NCBI GenBank assembly: GCA_963422615.1
Contig: OY730414.1
Coordinates: 1,240,001-1,304,000 of the forward strand
Source of the DNA: Longimicrobiales bacterium
GTDB taxonomy: Bacteria > Gemmatimonadota > Gemmatimonadetes > Longimicrobiales > Gaopeijiaceae
Reading direction: 5' to 3'
DNA: 64,000 nucleotides
Under the pieces are notes generated by a model that saw only the letters and a program-made list of their open reading frames with translations, was not told where the DNA came from and made no database searches. Shown one piece after another: positions 32,862 through 45,322 of this stretch. Position numbers and translations under genes: made by a program. Each line of letters opens with the position of its first letter. Within the stretch, counting starts at the first letter, position 1.

Positions 32862-33148
32862 CACTGGCTACGTCGGCACCCAGCCGAGCCCTTGAGGAGT
32901 TGGATCGGCTGGAAGTGCCAAATTGACGATTTTTGAAAACTTGGGTAGAGGAAGGAAGAGCCTTAGGTTCGCTCTTCATCGGTTCAATGATCCGGGGATG
33001 GCCCTCTTGGGGGTCGGCCTTTGGAGTGGGAATCGGTGGGAGTGTTCCGTGTTGGAGGCTACGGTGGACTGGCCCTGCTTGACAGGAGTCGGAACCGGGA
33101 CAGAAGGGTTTGGACGTCCCGGTTTTCGTTCCTCAAGGATAGAGGGCT

Positions 33149-36106
<2,958 letters not shown>

Positions 36107-36226
36107 AGCATTCCTCTTCCACGCCTTCCAGCACGGAAAAGGCTTTTCCTTCCTCTACCTTGATTGTGAGCCGTTGAGATGGCGACCCGTTAAGTCGGTT
36201 GCCGATTTTCAGGCTCATTCGCTTGG

Positions 36227-36345
<119 letters not shown>

Positions 36346-36351
36346 TTTTTC

Positions 36352-36399
36352 AGGCGCCCCGTTCAGGCTTTCTGCCCGGAACGGGGCGCTTTCCGTTTT
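36352..36399 (+). terminator. Putative intrinsic terminator after 5S
   Basis: GCGCCCCGTTC...GAACGGGGCGC hairpin followed by TTTCCGTTTT. Confidence 0.7.
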
Positions 36400-36489
36400 G
36401 CAAGAGAGGGTCCCGCCCTGATGTCCAGCGCCGCATCTCTTTCCGTGGCATAAAGACATGGGCTTGTGCTCCCACGCTGTTCCCGACGG

Positions 36490-37155
36490 CTACCCACAGT
36501 TTTTCCCTCCTGTTGCCTCAAGGACCCTCTTCACGGTTCGGCCCGGGTTTGCGGCTTCCATTATCCCGCTTACCATGGCGCACCCGACGGCGCCCGTCCT
36601 GAAGACGCTCAGGGCCCGATTGGCCGTGATGCCGCCGATTCCCACCACGGGTACGTCCACGGCGGCTACCATCGCCTTGAGTCCGTTCAGGCCGATGGCT
36701 CCGCCCACGCCGGCCTTGGTCTGCGTCGAGAACACGGATCCGCACCCGACGTAGTCGGCACCGGCGGCTATTGCCTCTCGGGCCGCTTCGGGCTCTCTGG
36801 CCGAGTATCCGATCAGGAAACCCGCCGGCGCAATTTTTCGCACCGCCGCAACGGGAAGGTCGGTGGGCCCCAGGTGAACGCCGTCGGCTTGGGTGGCCAG
36901 AGCCAGGTCCATTCGGTCGTTCACAAAGAATAGGGCCTGGGCGGCGCGGGTGTCCGCTCTGAGCCGCTGTGCAAGGGAGAATGTATGTCTCGGCGGATGC
37001 CTCTTGTCCCGCAGTTGAATGGCCGGCGCGCCGGCGCGAAGGGCCTCACCCACCACGTCAATGAGCGTCCTGGGATGGGCCCGCTCACGATCGGTAATGA
37101 CGATCAACCCTAGGCGACGGGCCAGCTCCTCCCTAGCGCGCAGCCCGCCGATCAC
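36490..37155 (-). CDS. thiE: Thiamine-phosphate synthase
   Basis: IQLRDK, VNDR, GVHLG, ADYVGCG, VGIGGI; GTGA overlap with mltG. Confidence 0.92.
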   Translation of the reverse strand: MIGGLRAREELARRLGLIVITDRERAHPRTLIDVVGEALRAGAPAIQLRDKRHPPRHTFSLAQRLRADTRAAQALFFVNDRMDLALATQADGVHLGPTDLPVAAVRKIAPAGFLIGYSAREPEAAREAIAAGADYVGCGSVFSTQTKAGVGGAIGLNGLKAMVAAVDVPVVGIGGITANRALSVFRTGAVGCAMVSGIMEAANPGRTVKRVLEATGGKNCG

Positions 37156-38180
37156 CAAAGGGGGTGCTGCCCGTTTGCCGGCCGGGTCGGGCCACGTCCG
37201 CTGGCCGACTCCCTCCGGGACCGAATGCGAGCGTTGTTGTGCTCTCGGAGGGAACGGCTGAAGATGTGCTCCCCGTTCGGCCGGGCGACGAAATAGAAGT
37301 AGTCTGTTATTGCGGGCTGAATCGCTGCGTCCAAGGCCGCGGCTCCGGGCGCACAGATGGGGCCGGGGGGAAGGCCGAGCCGGGTGTAGGTGTTGTAGGG
37401 GTGATCGGCTACGGAATCCATGGCGGCGTGAAGGAGGCGGGGCCGATGGCCGCCAAGGGCATAAAGGACAGTGGGGTCCGACTGAAGGCGCATTCCGGCG
37501 CGCAAGCGGTTGTGGTAGACGCTGGATATGGTGGGCATCTCGTCAACCCGACGGGCTTCGGCTTGGATAATCGAAGCCAGCGTCACTGCTTCTCGCTCGG
37601 ACAATCCGATGGCGGCGAGGCGTTCTCGCCGCTCCGCAGTCCAATAACGGTGGTAACGTTGGATCATGGTCGACACGACCTGGGCGATCGGTACCCCTTC
37701 CGCGAAGTGGTATGTGTCCGGGAAGAGGTAACCTTCGAGGCCCGGCCCAGGTACATTCCAGGCCATGGGGAGGGTGTCGTTGTTCAGTTCCTGGGCGACA
37801 GCTGCCGAATCCCTGTCCGTGGCGGCAGAAATCCGATCCGCAATGTGCTGGATCCTGGCTCCCTCGGGGATCATGACGGGGTAGGTTACCGCCCGGCCCT
37901 CCGTAAGGGTCTGGAGGACTTTCGAGAATCGGGCTCGCCTGGGGAGTCTGTACGTGCCTGCCTTTAGCGAGCGGTCCGACCCCTTGAAACGGGCGTAACT
38001 CAGAAAGAGAAGGGGTCGTTCAATTACTTGACGTGAATTCAGCGTGTCCACGATCTCCCGGAGGGTAGCTCCCCTGGGCACGTGAACCGTCACCTCCCCC
38101 TCTGGAAGTGACGGAGCCAAGCCGACGAGAATCGTGATCGCGAAAACCACGGCCGCGCCAACCAGCCAGGCCGACTTCAT
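37152..38180 (-). CDS. mltG: Endolytic transglycosylase MltG
   Basis: IPEG, LEGYLFPDTY, LASIIQAE, LQSDPT, PYNTY..GLPPGPI; ATG 38180 overlaps the ruvX stop. Confidence 0.93.
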   Translation of the reverse strand: MKSAWLVGAAVVFAITILVGLAPSLPEGEVTVHVPRGATLREIVDTLNSRQVIERPLLFLSYARFKGSDRSLKAGTYRLPRRARFSKVLQTLTEGRAVTYPVMIPEGARIQHIADRISAATDRDSAAVAQELNNDTLPMAWNVPGPGLEGYLFPDTYHFAEGVPIAQVVSTMIQRYHRYWTAERRERLAAIGLSEREAVTLASIIQAEARRVDEMPTISSVYHNRLRAGMRLQSDPTVLYALGGHRPRLLHAAMDSVADHPYNTYTRLGLPPGPICAPGAAALDAAIQPAITDYFYFVARPNGEHIFSRSLREHNNARIRSRRESASGRGPTRPANGQHPLW

Positions 38181-38698
38181 ACGCCCTCCTTCGACGGGCA
38201 AGTCGGCGGGGAAACCGTACGATCCAGCGTCGCGCCAGGGTGGGCGTCCAGCCAGTCTTGAAGGATGATGCACGCCGCCCCGGCATCAATTCTGGCCCGA
38301 TCCTCTCGCTTCTTCCGGGGCAACCCGATGGACCGTATTCGGGCCTCCGCCTCCACCGAAGAGTAGCGCTCGTCAAAGAACTCCACCGGCACACGACCCA
38401 CCTCCTTCAGTCGTCCGCCGAAGGCGCGGATTTCTCCGGTCCATTCGTTCTCCTGTCCGTCAATGTCCAAAGGAAGGCCGACGATGACCCTTCGCACCCC
38501 GTACGTGCGGACCAAGTCCAGGAGGTGAACAATAGGCGGTCGCTTGCCTGCACGGCGCTTCAGGGTGGCCAACGGGGTCGCCAAGCTTCTGCTGGCGTCG
38601 CTCAAGGCGATCCCGATCCGTCGGCGGCCATAGTCCAGAGCCATGATTCGACAGCCTTGGCTACCGGTTCGATCGGCCGTCCTTCCGGGCGTGTCCAA
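38177..38698 (-). CDS. ruvX: Holliday junction resolvase-like RuvX/YqgF
   Basis: ALDYGRRRIGIALSD, VGLP, DERYSS, IDAGAACIILQ. Confidence 0.93.
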   Translation of the reverse strand: MDTPGRTADRTGSQGCRIMALDYGRRRIGIALSDASRSLATPLATLKRRAGKRPPIVHLLDLVRTYGVRRVIVGLPLDIDGQENEWTGEIRAFGGRLKEVGRVPVEFFDERYSSVEAEARIRSIGLPRKKREDRARIDAGAACIILQDWLDAHPGATLDRTVSPPTCPSKEGV

Positions 38699-38730
38699 CG
38701 GATGGAAGCTCCTCTTTCCTATGTTCCTCC

Positions 38731-39516
38731 TTATGGCAGCCAGGGAAGCGGCTCCCGCTTCCAGGGCACCGCCTTCGGTCCCAATAAGTTATACCGGAAA
38801 ATGTACCAGATTGCCGCGATGCCGTCCTTCCAGTTGATCTTCTTGCCTTCGGCGTAGGAGCGACCGTCGTAGCTGATGGGCAGCTCGTAGATGCGGGCCT
38901 TCGCCTGGGCAAGCCGGGCCGTAATCTCGGGCTCGATTCCGAATCGATTTGCGGTCAAGGGGAGCGTCCGCAGGAGGTCGGTGCGAACCATCTTGTAGCA
39001 AGTCTCCATATCCGTGAGGTTGAGATCGGTGCAAAGATTGCTCAGGAACGTCAAAAACCGGTTGCCCAGCATGTGCCAGAAAAACAGTACCCGGTGGGGA
39101 CTTCCCAGAAATCGGGAGCCGTACACGGCGTCGGCCTTGCCGGTCGCGATGGGGCCCAGGAGGCGGGGAATTTCGCTGGGGTCGTACTCCAAGTCTGCGT
39201 CCTGGATGATCACCACGTGACCGATTGCGCTCCGGAATCCGGTGCGCAGTGCCGCTCCCTTCCCGCGGTTGACGTCGTGCAAGACGAGACGGTCAATGAA
39301 GCCCTGCTCCTCCAGCTGCTTCAGGGTTGTCCGGGTTCGGTCGGTAGAACCGTCGTCTACCACGATGACTTCTTTGGACAAGGGTACCGCAGCTACGCGC
39401 CGCAGGAGCTGTTCCACCGTGGCAGATTCGTTGTAGGCCGGGATCACGACCGAGACGGTAATGTGTTCCAGGCAAGACGGGGCCACGCCTTCAGGGATTT
39501 GCGGGTTGTTGCTCAT
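38731..39516 (-). CDS. GT2 glycosyltransferase (polyprenol-phosphate glycosyltransferase-like)
   Basis: VIPAYNE, VDDGSTD, NRGKGAA, QDADLEYDP, GSRF. Confidence 0.92.
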   Translation of the reverse strand: MSNNPQIPEGVAPSCLEHITVSVVIPAYNESATVEQLLRRVAAVPLSKEVIVVDDGSTDRTRTTLKQLEEQGFIDRLVLHDVNRGKGAALRTGFRSAIGHVVIIQDADLEYDPSEIPRLLGPIATGKADAVYGSRFLGSPHRVLFFWHMLGNRFLTFLSNLCTDLNLTDMETCYKMVRTDLLRTLPLTANRFGIEPEITARLAQAKARIYELPISYDGRSYAEGKKINWKDGIAAIWYIFRYNLLGPKAVPWKREPLPWLP

Positions 39517-39577
39517 GGAGAACGATCCATTCCCCCCGGACGGCACCGCAATGTGGAATCCGAACCGAGGTGGATGG

Positions 39578-40366
39578 CTACCGGAAAGCGATGGGTAACG
39601 CCAGCACTTGGCCGGGGTATATGCGGGAACTCCTGAGGCGGTTCGTGGACTTCAGCTCATCCACGGTGGTTCCGTAATTCCGGGCTATATTCCAGAGCGA
39701 ATCTCCCGGTCGGACCCTGTACCGTCTGTTCCTTTTCTGAACTTCTGCTTTCGCGATCCGGGTCTCCAGGACTCCCGTACCCGTATTCCTTTCCACACGA
39801 GCCACGTACTCGGCGTATGGGTTCGGATACACGGCAACATGGTAGTGGGGAGGCCGACTCTCTCTGGTTGCTTCCAGAACTCCCGACCCTTCAAGGTGAA
39901 TGAGCACATCTTCCAGCCAAGCGCGGCAGGGACGGAAGTTGCTCCTGCGCAAATCCACGGCCATGCCCGCGGGGTGAACCGATTTCGGGGAAGCGTTCGG
40001 TGGCTGGCGGGATTTGGGACGGGTCAGGCTGGTCACGACAAGCTGCTCCCCGCAGGCACTGCGGTACTGGCGGGAGAGGCGCTCCACGAATGTCCGCACT
40101 TCGGGGCGTGCGTAGGGGAACGAGACCTGATGGAGGCGATAGTCGGCGTTCCCCCTGACTGGAACCAAGAGCTCCAGGTCAACGAAGCGTTTCACATGGG
40201 CCGAGCTCCGAAGGAAGGTGAAGTCGTGGCGAAGCGCCTGATCGTTCTGTCGCTTCATTGCGCCCAGACTCCCTTTGAGGGACTGCGCTTCGCCGGCGTA
40301 ATGAAAAGCTGCCAATAGGAAAAACGCCAGGAACGGCCCGCTTGCTCGAAACCCGCTTCGCCTCAT
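39578..40366 (-). CDS. Exported DUF5715-like (M15-like metallopeptidase fold) protein with C-terminal LysM
   Basis: Signal peptide; VTSLTR, SVHPAGMAVDL, HYH; LysM YRVRPGDSLWNIA...IYPGQVL. Confidence 0.8.
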   Translation of the reverse strand: MRRSGFRASGPFLAFFLLAAFHYAGEAQSLKGSLGAMKRQNDQALRHDFTFLRSSAHVKRFVDLELLVPVRGNADYRLHQVSFPYARPEVRTFVERLSRQYRSACGEQLVVTSLTRPKSRQPPNASPKSVHPAGMAVDLRRSNFRPCRAWLEDVLIHLEGSGVLEATRESRPPHYHVAVYPNPYAEYVARVERNTGTGVLETRIAKAEVQKRNRRYRVRPGDSLWNIARNYGTTVDELKSTNRLRSSRIYPGQVLALPIAFR

Positions 40367-40491
40367 GGTTAGACTACCCTGCCGGGACCCCCCCGGCTCT
40401 GCCCTCGGTTGTTGATCCTCACACGTACGCTGTACCCAAGCGCTGTACCCAACGTAAACATACGTAGTCGGGCCTGTTTCCGCCAGGGCTT

Positions 40492-41136
40492 TTACGGGGT
40501 GACACTCCAGGCGCCGACCACGGATCCCACCCCGTCAATCACGAACTGAACGCCGACCACCATGACCATGAGCCCCATGATCCGGGTGACGACGTTGACG
40601 CCGGTTCTCCCCAGGGTATTCAGGACGGTTGGCGCCAGAATCAGAACGGGCAGCGTGACCAAGCCGACGAAGACGGCGGCGGCGTACACCCAGAAGAGCT
40701 GAACGGGGTTCTCCGCCTGTCCCGTGAGTGCGATCATGGTTACGATGCTGCCCGGGCCCGAGAGCGTCGGCAACCCCAGGGGAATGATGGCCAGAGTTTT
40801 TCGGTTTGCCGCCTCGTCCTGCTCTTGCCGGGTCGTCTTCACGCGGGATCGTTTTGCCTGGAGCATATCCGAGCCGATCCCGAAGAAAATCGCGCCAGCG
40901 GTGATCTGGAACGCCTCCGTCGTGATGTCGAAGAATCCCAGAATCGCGGAACCGGCAAAGGCGAAAAGGAGAAGGACGATCACCGAAGTCACCACCCCCC
41001 AAATCGCCGTCGTTCGACGCTCACGGTTCGTATCGTCGAGGGTCAGCGCTACAAAAATGGGTATGGCGCTCAAGGGGTTGTACACGACCAACAACGAGGT
41101 GAAGGCGATCGCCCCGAAGGCCAGGTTGTTTTCCAT
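40492..41136 (-). CDS. MarC family membrane protein
   Basis: NPLSAIPIF, IIPLGLPTLSGPG, TRIMGL. Confidence 0.92.
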   Translation of the reverse strand: MENNLAFGAIAFTSLLVVYNPLSAIPIFVALTLDDTNRERRTTAIWGVVTSVIVLLLFAFAGSAILGFFDITTEAFQITAGAIFFGIGSDMLQAKRSRVKTTRQEQDEAANRKTLAIIPLGLPTLSGPGSIVTMIALTGQAENPVQLFWVYAAAVFVGLVTLPVLILAPTVLNTLGRTGVNVVTRIMGLMVMVVGVQFVIDGVGSVVGAWSVTP

Positions 41137-41309
41137 GCGAATTCAGGCTCGAACGGCGCTAATGGATTTCTTGTCCCGGGGCCGGTGCTTGCCCGCGGTC
41201 TTCCATGGATGGGCAGTAACCGAAGCCACGGGCCGTTCCCGGTTCCCTCGCCCGAAGGACTCCGGCCGCCGATACGGACCGGTTTACCTCCAGCCGTCCG
41301 GGCCAACCA

Positions 41310-41927
41310 TCAGACCGTTCGGGCGTAATTCTCTCCGACGACCGTCCAGTTCACGACGTTCCAAAAGGCGGCAACGTACTCCGGTCGGCGATTCTGATAC
41401 TTCAGGTAGTAGGCATGCTCCCAGACATCTAGACCGAGGACCGGCGTCATGCCCTCCATGAGGGGCGTATCCTGGTTGGCCGTGGATGTGATCGTAAGGG
41501 CTCCGTCATCCCCTGCAACCAGCCATGCCCAACCCGATCCGAATCGGCCCACGGCTGCGGCTACGAACCGGCTCTTGAAGTCGTCCAAGCTCCCGAAAGC
41601 TGCGTCCATGGCCGACACCAGCTTCCCCCCAGGGGTGGTTTCGCCGCCCGGCGCGATGATTTGCCAGAAAAGGGCGTGGTTGACGTAGCCCCCTCCGTTG
41701 TTGCGAACGGCCGTCCGGATGCCTTCGGGAAGAGCCGAAAGATCTGTCAGCAGCTCCTGGGCGGATTGCCCGTGAAGTTCCGGGTGTCCCTCAAGAGCGG
41801 TATTGAGGTTGTTCGTATACGCTGCGTGATGTCTTCCGTGGTGGATTTCCATGGTACGGGCGTCTATATGGGGCTCCAAGGCAGCAGTTGGATACCCCAG
41901 GTCCGGGAGTTCGAAGGGATAGGCCAT
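41310..41927 (-). CDS. sodA: Superoxide dismutase, Mn/Fe family (probably Mn)
   Basis: [32 protein letters not shown]. Confidence 0.93.
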   Translation of the reverse strand: MAYPFELPDLGYPTAALEPHIDARTMEIHHGRHHAAYTNNLNTALEGHPELHGQSAQELLTDLSALPEGIRTAVRNNGGGYVNHALFWQIIAPGGETTPGGKLVSAMDAAFGSLDDFKSRFVAAAVGRFGSGWAWLVAGDDGALTITSTANQDTPLMEGMTPVLGLDVWEHAYYLKYQNRRPEYVAAFWNVVNWTVVGENYARTV

Positions 41928-42421
41928 GGGTTCGGAAATCTCCTATGTAGATGGGATGAAGCTGAAATGTGTTGGCGGCGAATTCGGGGATGGGGGTCCA
42001 CCGACCGCAGTCTACCGGAATCGTCGGTCAGTGGGCCGATTCCCCGGAAATGTAGCCTGGCAGGACCGAGGCCGAAAACGTGTTGAAATTCGGGATGCCC
42101 TCGCAAGGTCCCCAAGCGATCCTCCCGGTGGACTGCGACGTGTCCCAACGTCCCGATCGTCCGCATGGAAAGACCCACCCCCGAGCCTTCGGCGGCAAGA
42201 GTGCTTTTTTCAAACGGGAACCGCCGCCGAGTCCGGCTTGAAGGACAGCCGTACTTGACCGTGGACGCCGTCTCCGAGCGGGGTGGGGCCAACTGAAACC
42301 GCCGTTCTCGTGGCGGCGACGGATATTGGAGCCGGTTGTCCAATCAGGGCCCCTCCTTACAAGGGATCCTCCCGCAGCATAAAGAATCCTCCCGAAGCGA
42401 ACCCCGGATCCGCGTCTTGGA

Positions 42422-44137
42422 TCACTTCTCTTTCCAGGGCTCCCGCCGAAAGTAGTCCCGGGTCAGTTCCACCACCTTGGGCGCCAGGAGCCCCAGGGCG
42501 ATGAGGTTAGGCCAGATCACGATCGCCAGGAGGACGTCCCCCAGGGCCCAGATTACGCCAAGGGGGAGAATCGCGCCAATGAAGTGGGTCACCACGAAGA
42601 CGATTTTGTAAGGAATCACGGCCTTGGCGCCGAAGAGATAGTTGGCGCAGCGGTCCCCGTAGTAGCTCCATGCGATTGCCGACGAGATGGCAAAGAGGAG
42701 CACGGAAAACACCACGATGTAGTGGCCCCAGTCGCCCAGGGGTCCCAGCCCGCGCTGGAAGGCCGCCATGGTCAGCGGCGCGCCGCTCTCCACGGCCATG
42801 CCGAAGAGGGAACCGAACGACTCTCCATCGTCGCTCGTGGCGGTCCCGGTCGCGGGATCAATCACGCCCGTGAAGGGCCGGGTTTGGGCTTCGTCCACGT
42901 ACAGCCGCTCTACGGGCACTTCGTGCCAGGACACGCGGGGGTCGGTTGGCCCGATGGCCGCGTGGGCACCGTCTTCGATTCGGATAACTCCCGGGGCACC
43001 GATGTTCAGGTAGCTTCCATCCGCCTCCACGGCTCGGTAGGAGAGGTCTCCGCCCCGAAGGGTGATCTCGGTTTCGAACCGGTCGTTCCACACACCGGTC
43101 ATGATGACAAGGAGGCCCGTCATGGTGCAGATGATCAGCGTGTCGATGAAGGGCTCGAGGAGAGCCACCACCCCCTCCGACACGGGTTCTTCCGTTTTGG
43201 CTGCCGAGTGGGCGATGGGAGCGGACCCCTGACCCGCTTCGTTGGAAAAGAGCCCCCTGCGCACCCCCCACATGAGGGTGACGAGGAACGCTCCGACTCC
43301 CGTGCCCGCCACGCCGGCCGTTGGGTTGAAGGCTTCCCGGAAGATCAATGCGAACGTCGGGAGGATGTCGCCGGCGTTCAGGAAGAGGATGATGAGGGCA
43401 CCGGCGACATAAACCAGCGCCATGACCGGAGCGAGGACGGCGGTGACCCGTCCGATTCGGGAAATGCCTCCCAGAATGACGGCTGCAACGACACCGGCGG
43501 TCAGCAGCCCGCTGATCCACTTGGGGATGCTGAATTCCGTGAACAGATTGTCAGCGACGGTGTTGGCCTGGGTACCGTTCCCGGTCACGAATGCGGTCAC
43601 GCCCAGAACGAAGGCAAAGAAGATGGCCATCCACTTCCAATTCGGCCCCAGCCCCCGTTCGATGTAGTACATGGGGCCTCCGGAAACCGTACCCGCCCAT
43701 TGCCCCTGGGTTTCCTTGACCCGGTACTTCTGGGCGAGTGTGACCTCCGAGTACTTGGTGGCCATACCCAGACCCGCCGTCACCCACATCCAGAAAAGGG
43801 CGCCGGGCCCCCCCCAGTGAATGGCAAGAGCCACGCCCGCAATGTTGCCGATACCGACGGTTGCAGAAAGGGCCGTCGTCAGCGCCTGAAAGTGGGTAAC
43901 GTCCCCTGAGTCGTCCGCCTTATCGTATCTTCCCGTCGCGACGGCGATTCCGTGGCCCAGGCGGGAGACCTGCACGAAACCCAGGCGGAGGGTCAGGTAT
44001 GTGCCGATCCCCAGAAGGATGATGACCATGTAGGGGATGTTCTCACCGCCAACCGAGATCCCCGCCTCAACGATGTTGGTGGCCGCGAAAACGGTAAGCC
44101 GTTCGATCCAGTCGGCGAGCCGTGCGATGAACTCCAT
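42422..44137 (-). CDS. Alanine/glycine:cation symporter (AGCS)
   Basis: ATVGIGNIAGVA, GGPGALFWMW, GGPMYY, RGLFSNEAGQGS; start ATG 44137. Confidence 0.94.
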   Translation of the reverse strand: MEFIARLADWIERLTVFAATNIVEAGISVGGENIPYMVIILLGIGTYLTLRLGFVQVSRLGHGIAVATGRYDKADDSGDVTHFQALTTALSATVGIGNIAGVALAIHWGGPGALFWMWVTAGLGMATKYSEVTLAQKYRVKETQGQWAGTVSGGPMYYIERGLGPNWKWMAIFFAFVLGVTAFVTGNGTQANTVADNLFTEFSIPKWISGLLTAGVVAAVILGGISRIGRVTAVLAPVMALVYVAGALIILFLNAGDILPTFALIFREAFNPTAGVAGTGVGAFLVTLMWGVRRGLFSNEAGQGSAPIAHSAAKTEEPVSEGVVALLEPFIDTLIICTMTGLLVIMTGVWNDRFETEITLRGGDLSYRAVEADGSYLNIGAPGVIRIEDGAHAAIGPTDPRVSWHEVPVERLYVDEAQTRPFTGVIDPATGTATSDDGESFGSLFGMAVESGAPLTMAAFQRGLGPLGDWGHYIVVFSVLLFAISSAIAWSYYGDRCANYLFGAKAVIPYKIVFVVTHFIGAILPLGVIWALGDVLLAIVIWPNLIALGLLAPKVVELTRDYFRREPWKEK

Positions 44138-44281
44138 GGGTGCGTTTTTCTCCATTGTTGCCCAGGGGGCCCCGGGGCAAGGGCGGGTCCGCAAGAAAAC
44201 CAAGCTAGACATAGGCACAATCGGCCGGTTGGACAAGCCTTCGGGCCCCTGCCCGCCAGGATGTTCCTCCTGGGAGCCGGT

Positions 44282-45322
44282 TCAGCCTACGGTGTTGACC
44301 AGGTCGAAAACCGGCAGGTACATGGCCACGATCATTCCTCCCACCACTACGCCCAGGATCACGATCATGGCGGGCTCCAGGGCGGCCAGTAGGGATTCCA
44401 CGGCCGTGTCCACCTCCTGGTCGTAGAGATTGGCGATTTTGGCCAGCATTTCGTCCAGTTCTCCCGTTTGCTCTCCCACGTGGATCATCCGCACAACCAT
44501 GGGCGGAAACACCCCCGATTCTTCCAAGGGCTCCGAGATGGTGTTTCCTCCGGCGATGGAGCGTCGGGCTTTCATGACCGCGTCATGGACGACCCGGTTC
44601 CCCGATGTCTTTGCCGTGACTTCCAATCCTTCCAGGATCGAAACCCCCGACATGACCAGGGTTCCCAGGGTTCTCGTGAAGCGGGATACGGCCGCCTTTC
44701 GAAGAAGGGTTCCCAGAACGGGTACGCCCAGGAGCAGGCGATCTGCAGCGAGTCGGCCGCGGGGGGTGCCCGAGGCGTGCTTGAGGAGTCCGGCTCCGCA
44801 GAGTACGGTGGCCAGTAGAATCCACCAGTAGGCCTTCACCAAAGCCGAGGCGCTGATCACGAGCTGGGTGGGCCGGGGCAGGGGAACGCCGGCCGAAGCG
44901 AACATGTCCTCGAAGGTGGGGATCACGAAGACCAGAAGAATTGCCACAGCGGGAACCGTGACGGCGACGATCATGGCGGGGTAGACCAGGGCGCTGCGCA
45001 CTTTGCGCGCTAGGGTGTTGTTTTTCTCCAGGAAATCCGCAAGTCGCAAGAGAATCGTGTCGAGGGCTCCCCCAGCCTCCCCGGCGGCCACCATGTTGAC
45101 ACTCAGATCCGGAAACACTTTCGGATGGCGGCCCATGGCGCCCGCCAGCGTATTGCCCGACTCCACGTCATGCAGCAGGGTACGGATGACCTCCCGCAGA
45201 CGCTCGTTCTCTGTGTGCCGGGTGAGAATGTCCAGGCTCTGCACGAGGGGGAGTCCCGCGTTGATCATGGTGGCGAACAACCGCGTGAAAACCATCACCT
45301 CCCGAACGGGAATACCGGTCAC
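44282..45322 (-). CDS. pilC: Type IV pilus platform protein PilC/GspF family (short N-terminus)
   Basis: FTRLFATMINAGLP, AGEAGGALD, YP, GEQTGELD, MYLP; GTG 45322 overlaps the pilT stop. Confidence 0.9.
   Translation of the reverse strand: MTGIPVREVMVFTRLFATMINAGLPLVQSLDILTRHTENERLREVIRTLLHDVESGNTLAGAMGRHPKVFPDLSVNMVAAGEAGGALDTILLRLADFLEKNNTLARKVRSALVYPAMIVAVTVPAVAILLVFVIPTFEDMFASAGVPLPRPTQLVISASALVKAYWWILLATVLCGAGLLKHASGTPRGRLAADRLLLGVPVLGTLLRKAAVSRFTRTLGTLVMSGVSILEGLEVTAKTSGNRVVHDAVMKARRSIAGGNTISEPLEESGVFPPMVVRMIHVGEQTGELDEMLAKIANLYDQEVDTAVESLLAALEPAMIVILGVVVGGMIVAMYLPVFDLVNTVG

Noticed and set aside
32916..32927. TGCCAAATTGAC resembling the dnaK upstream boxes
   Set aside because: Single partial match that overlaps a TTGAC -35-like hexamer; could be chance.
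44138..44281. Glycine riboswitch upstream of the AGCS transporter
   Set aside because: Region is short and lacks the conserved GGAGA...CCGAAG...CTCTCAGG elements.
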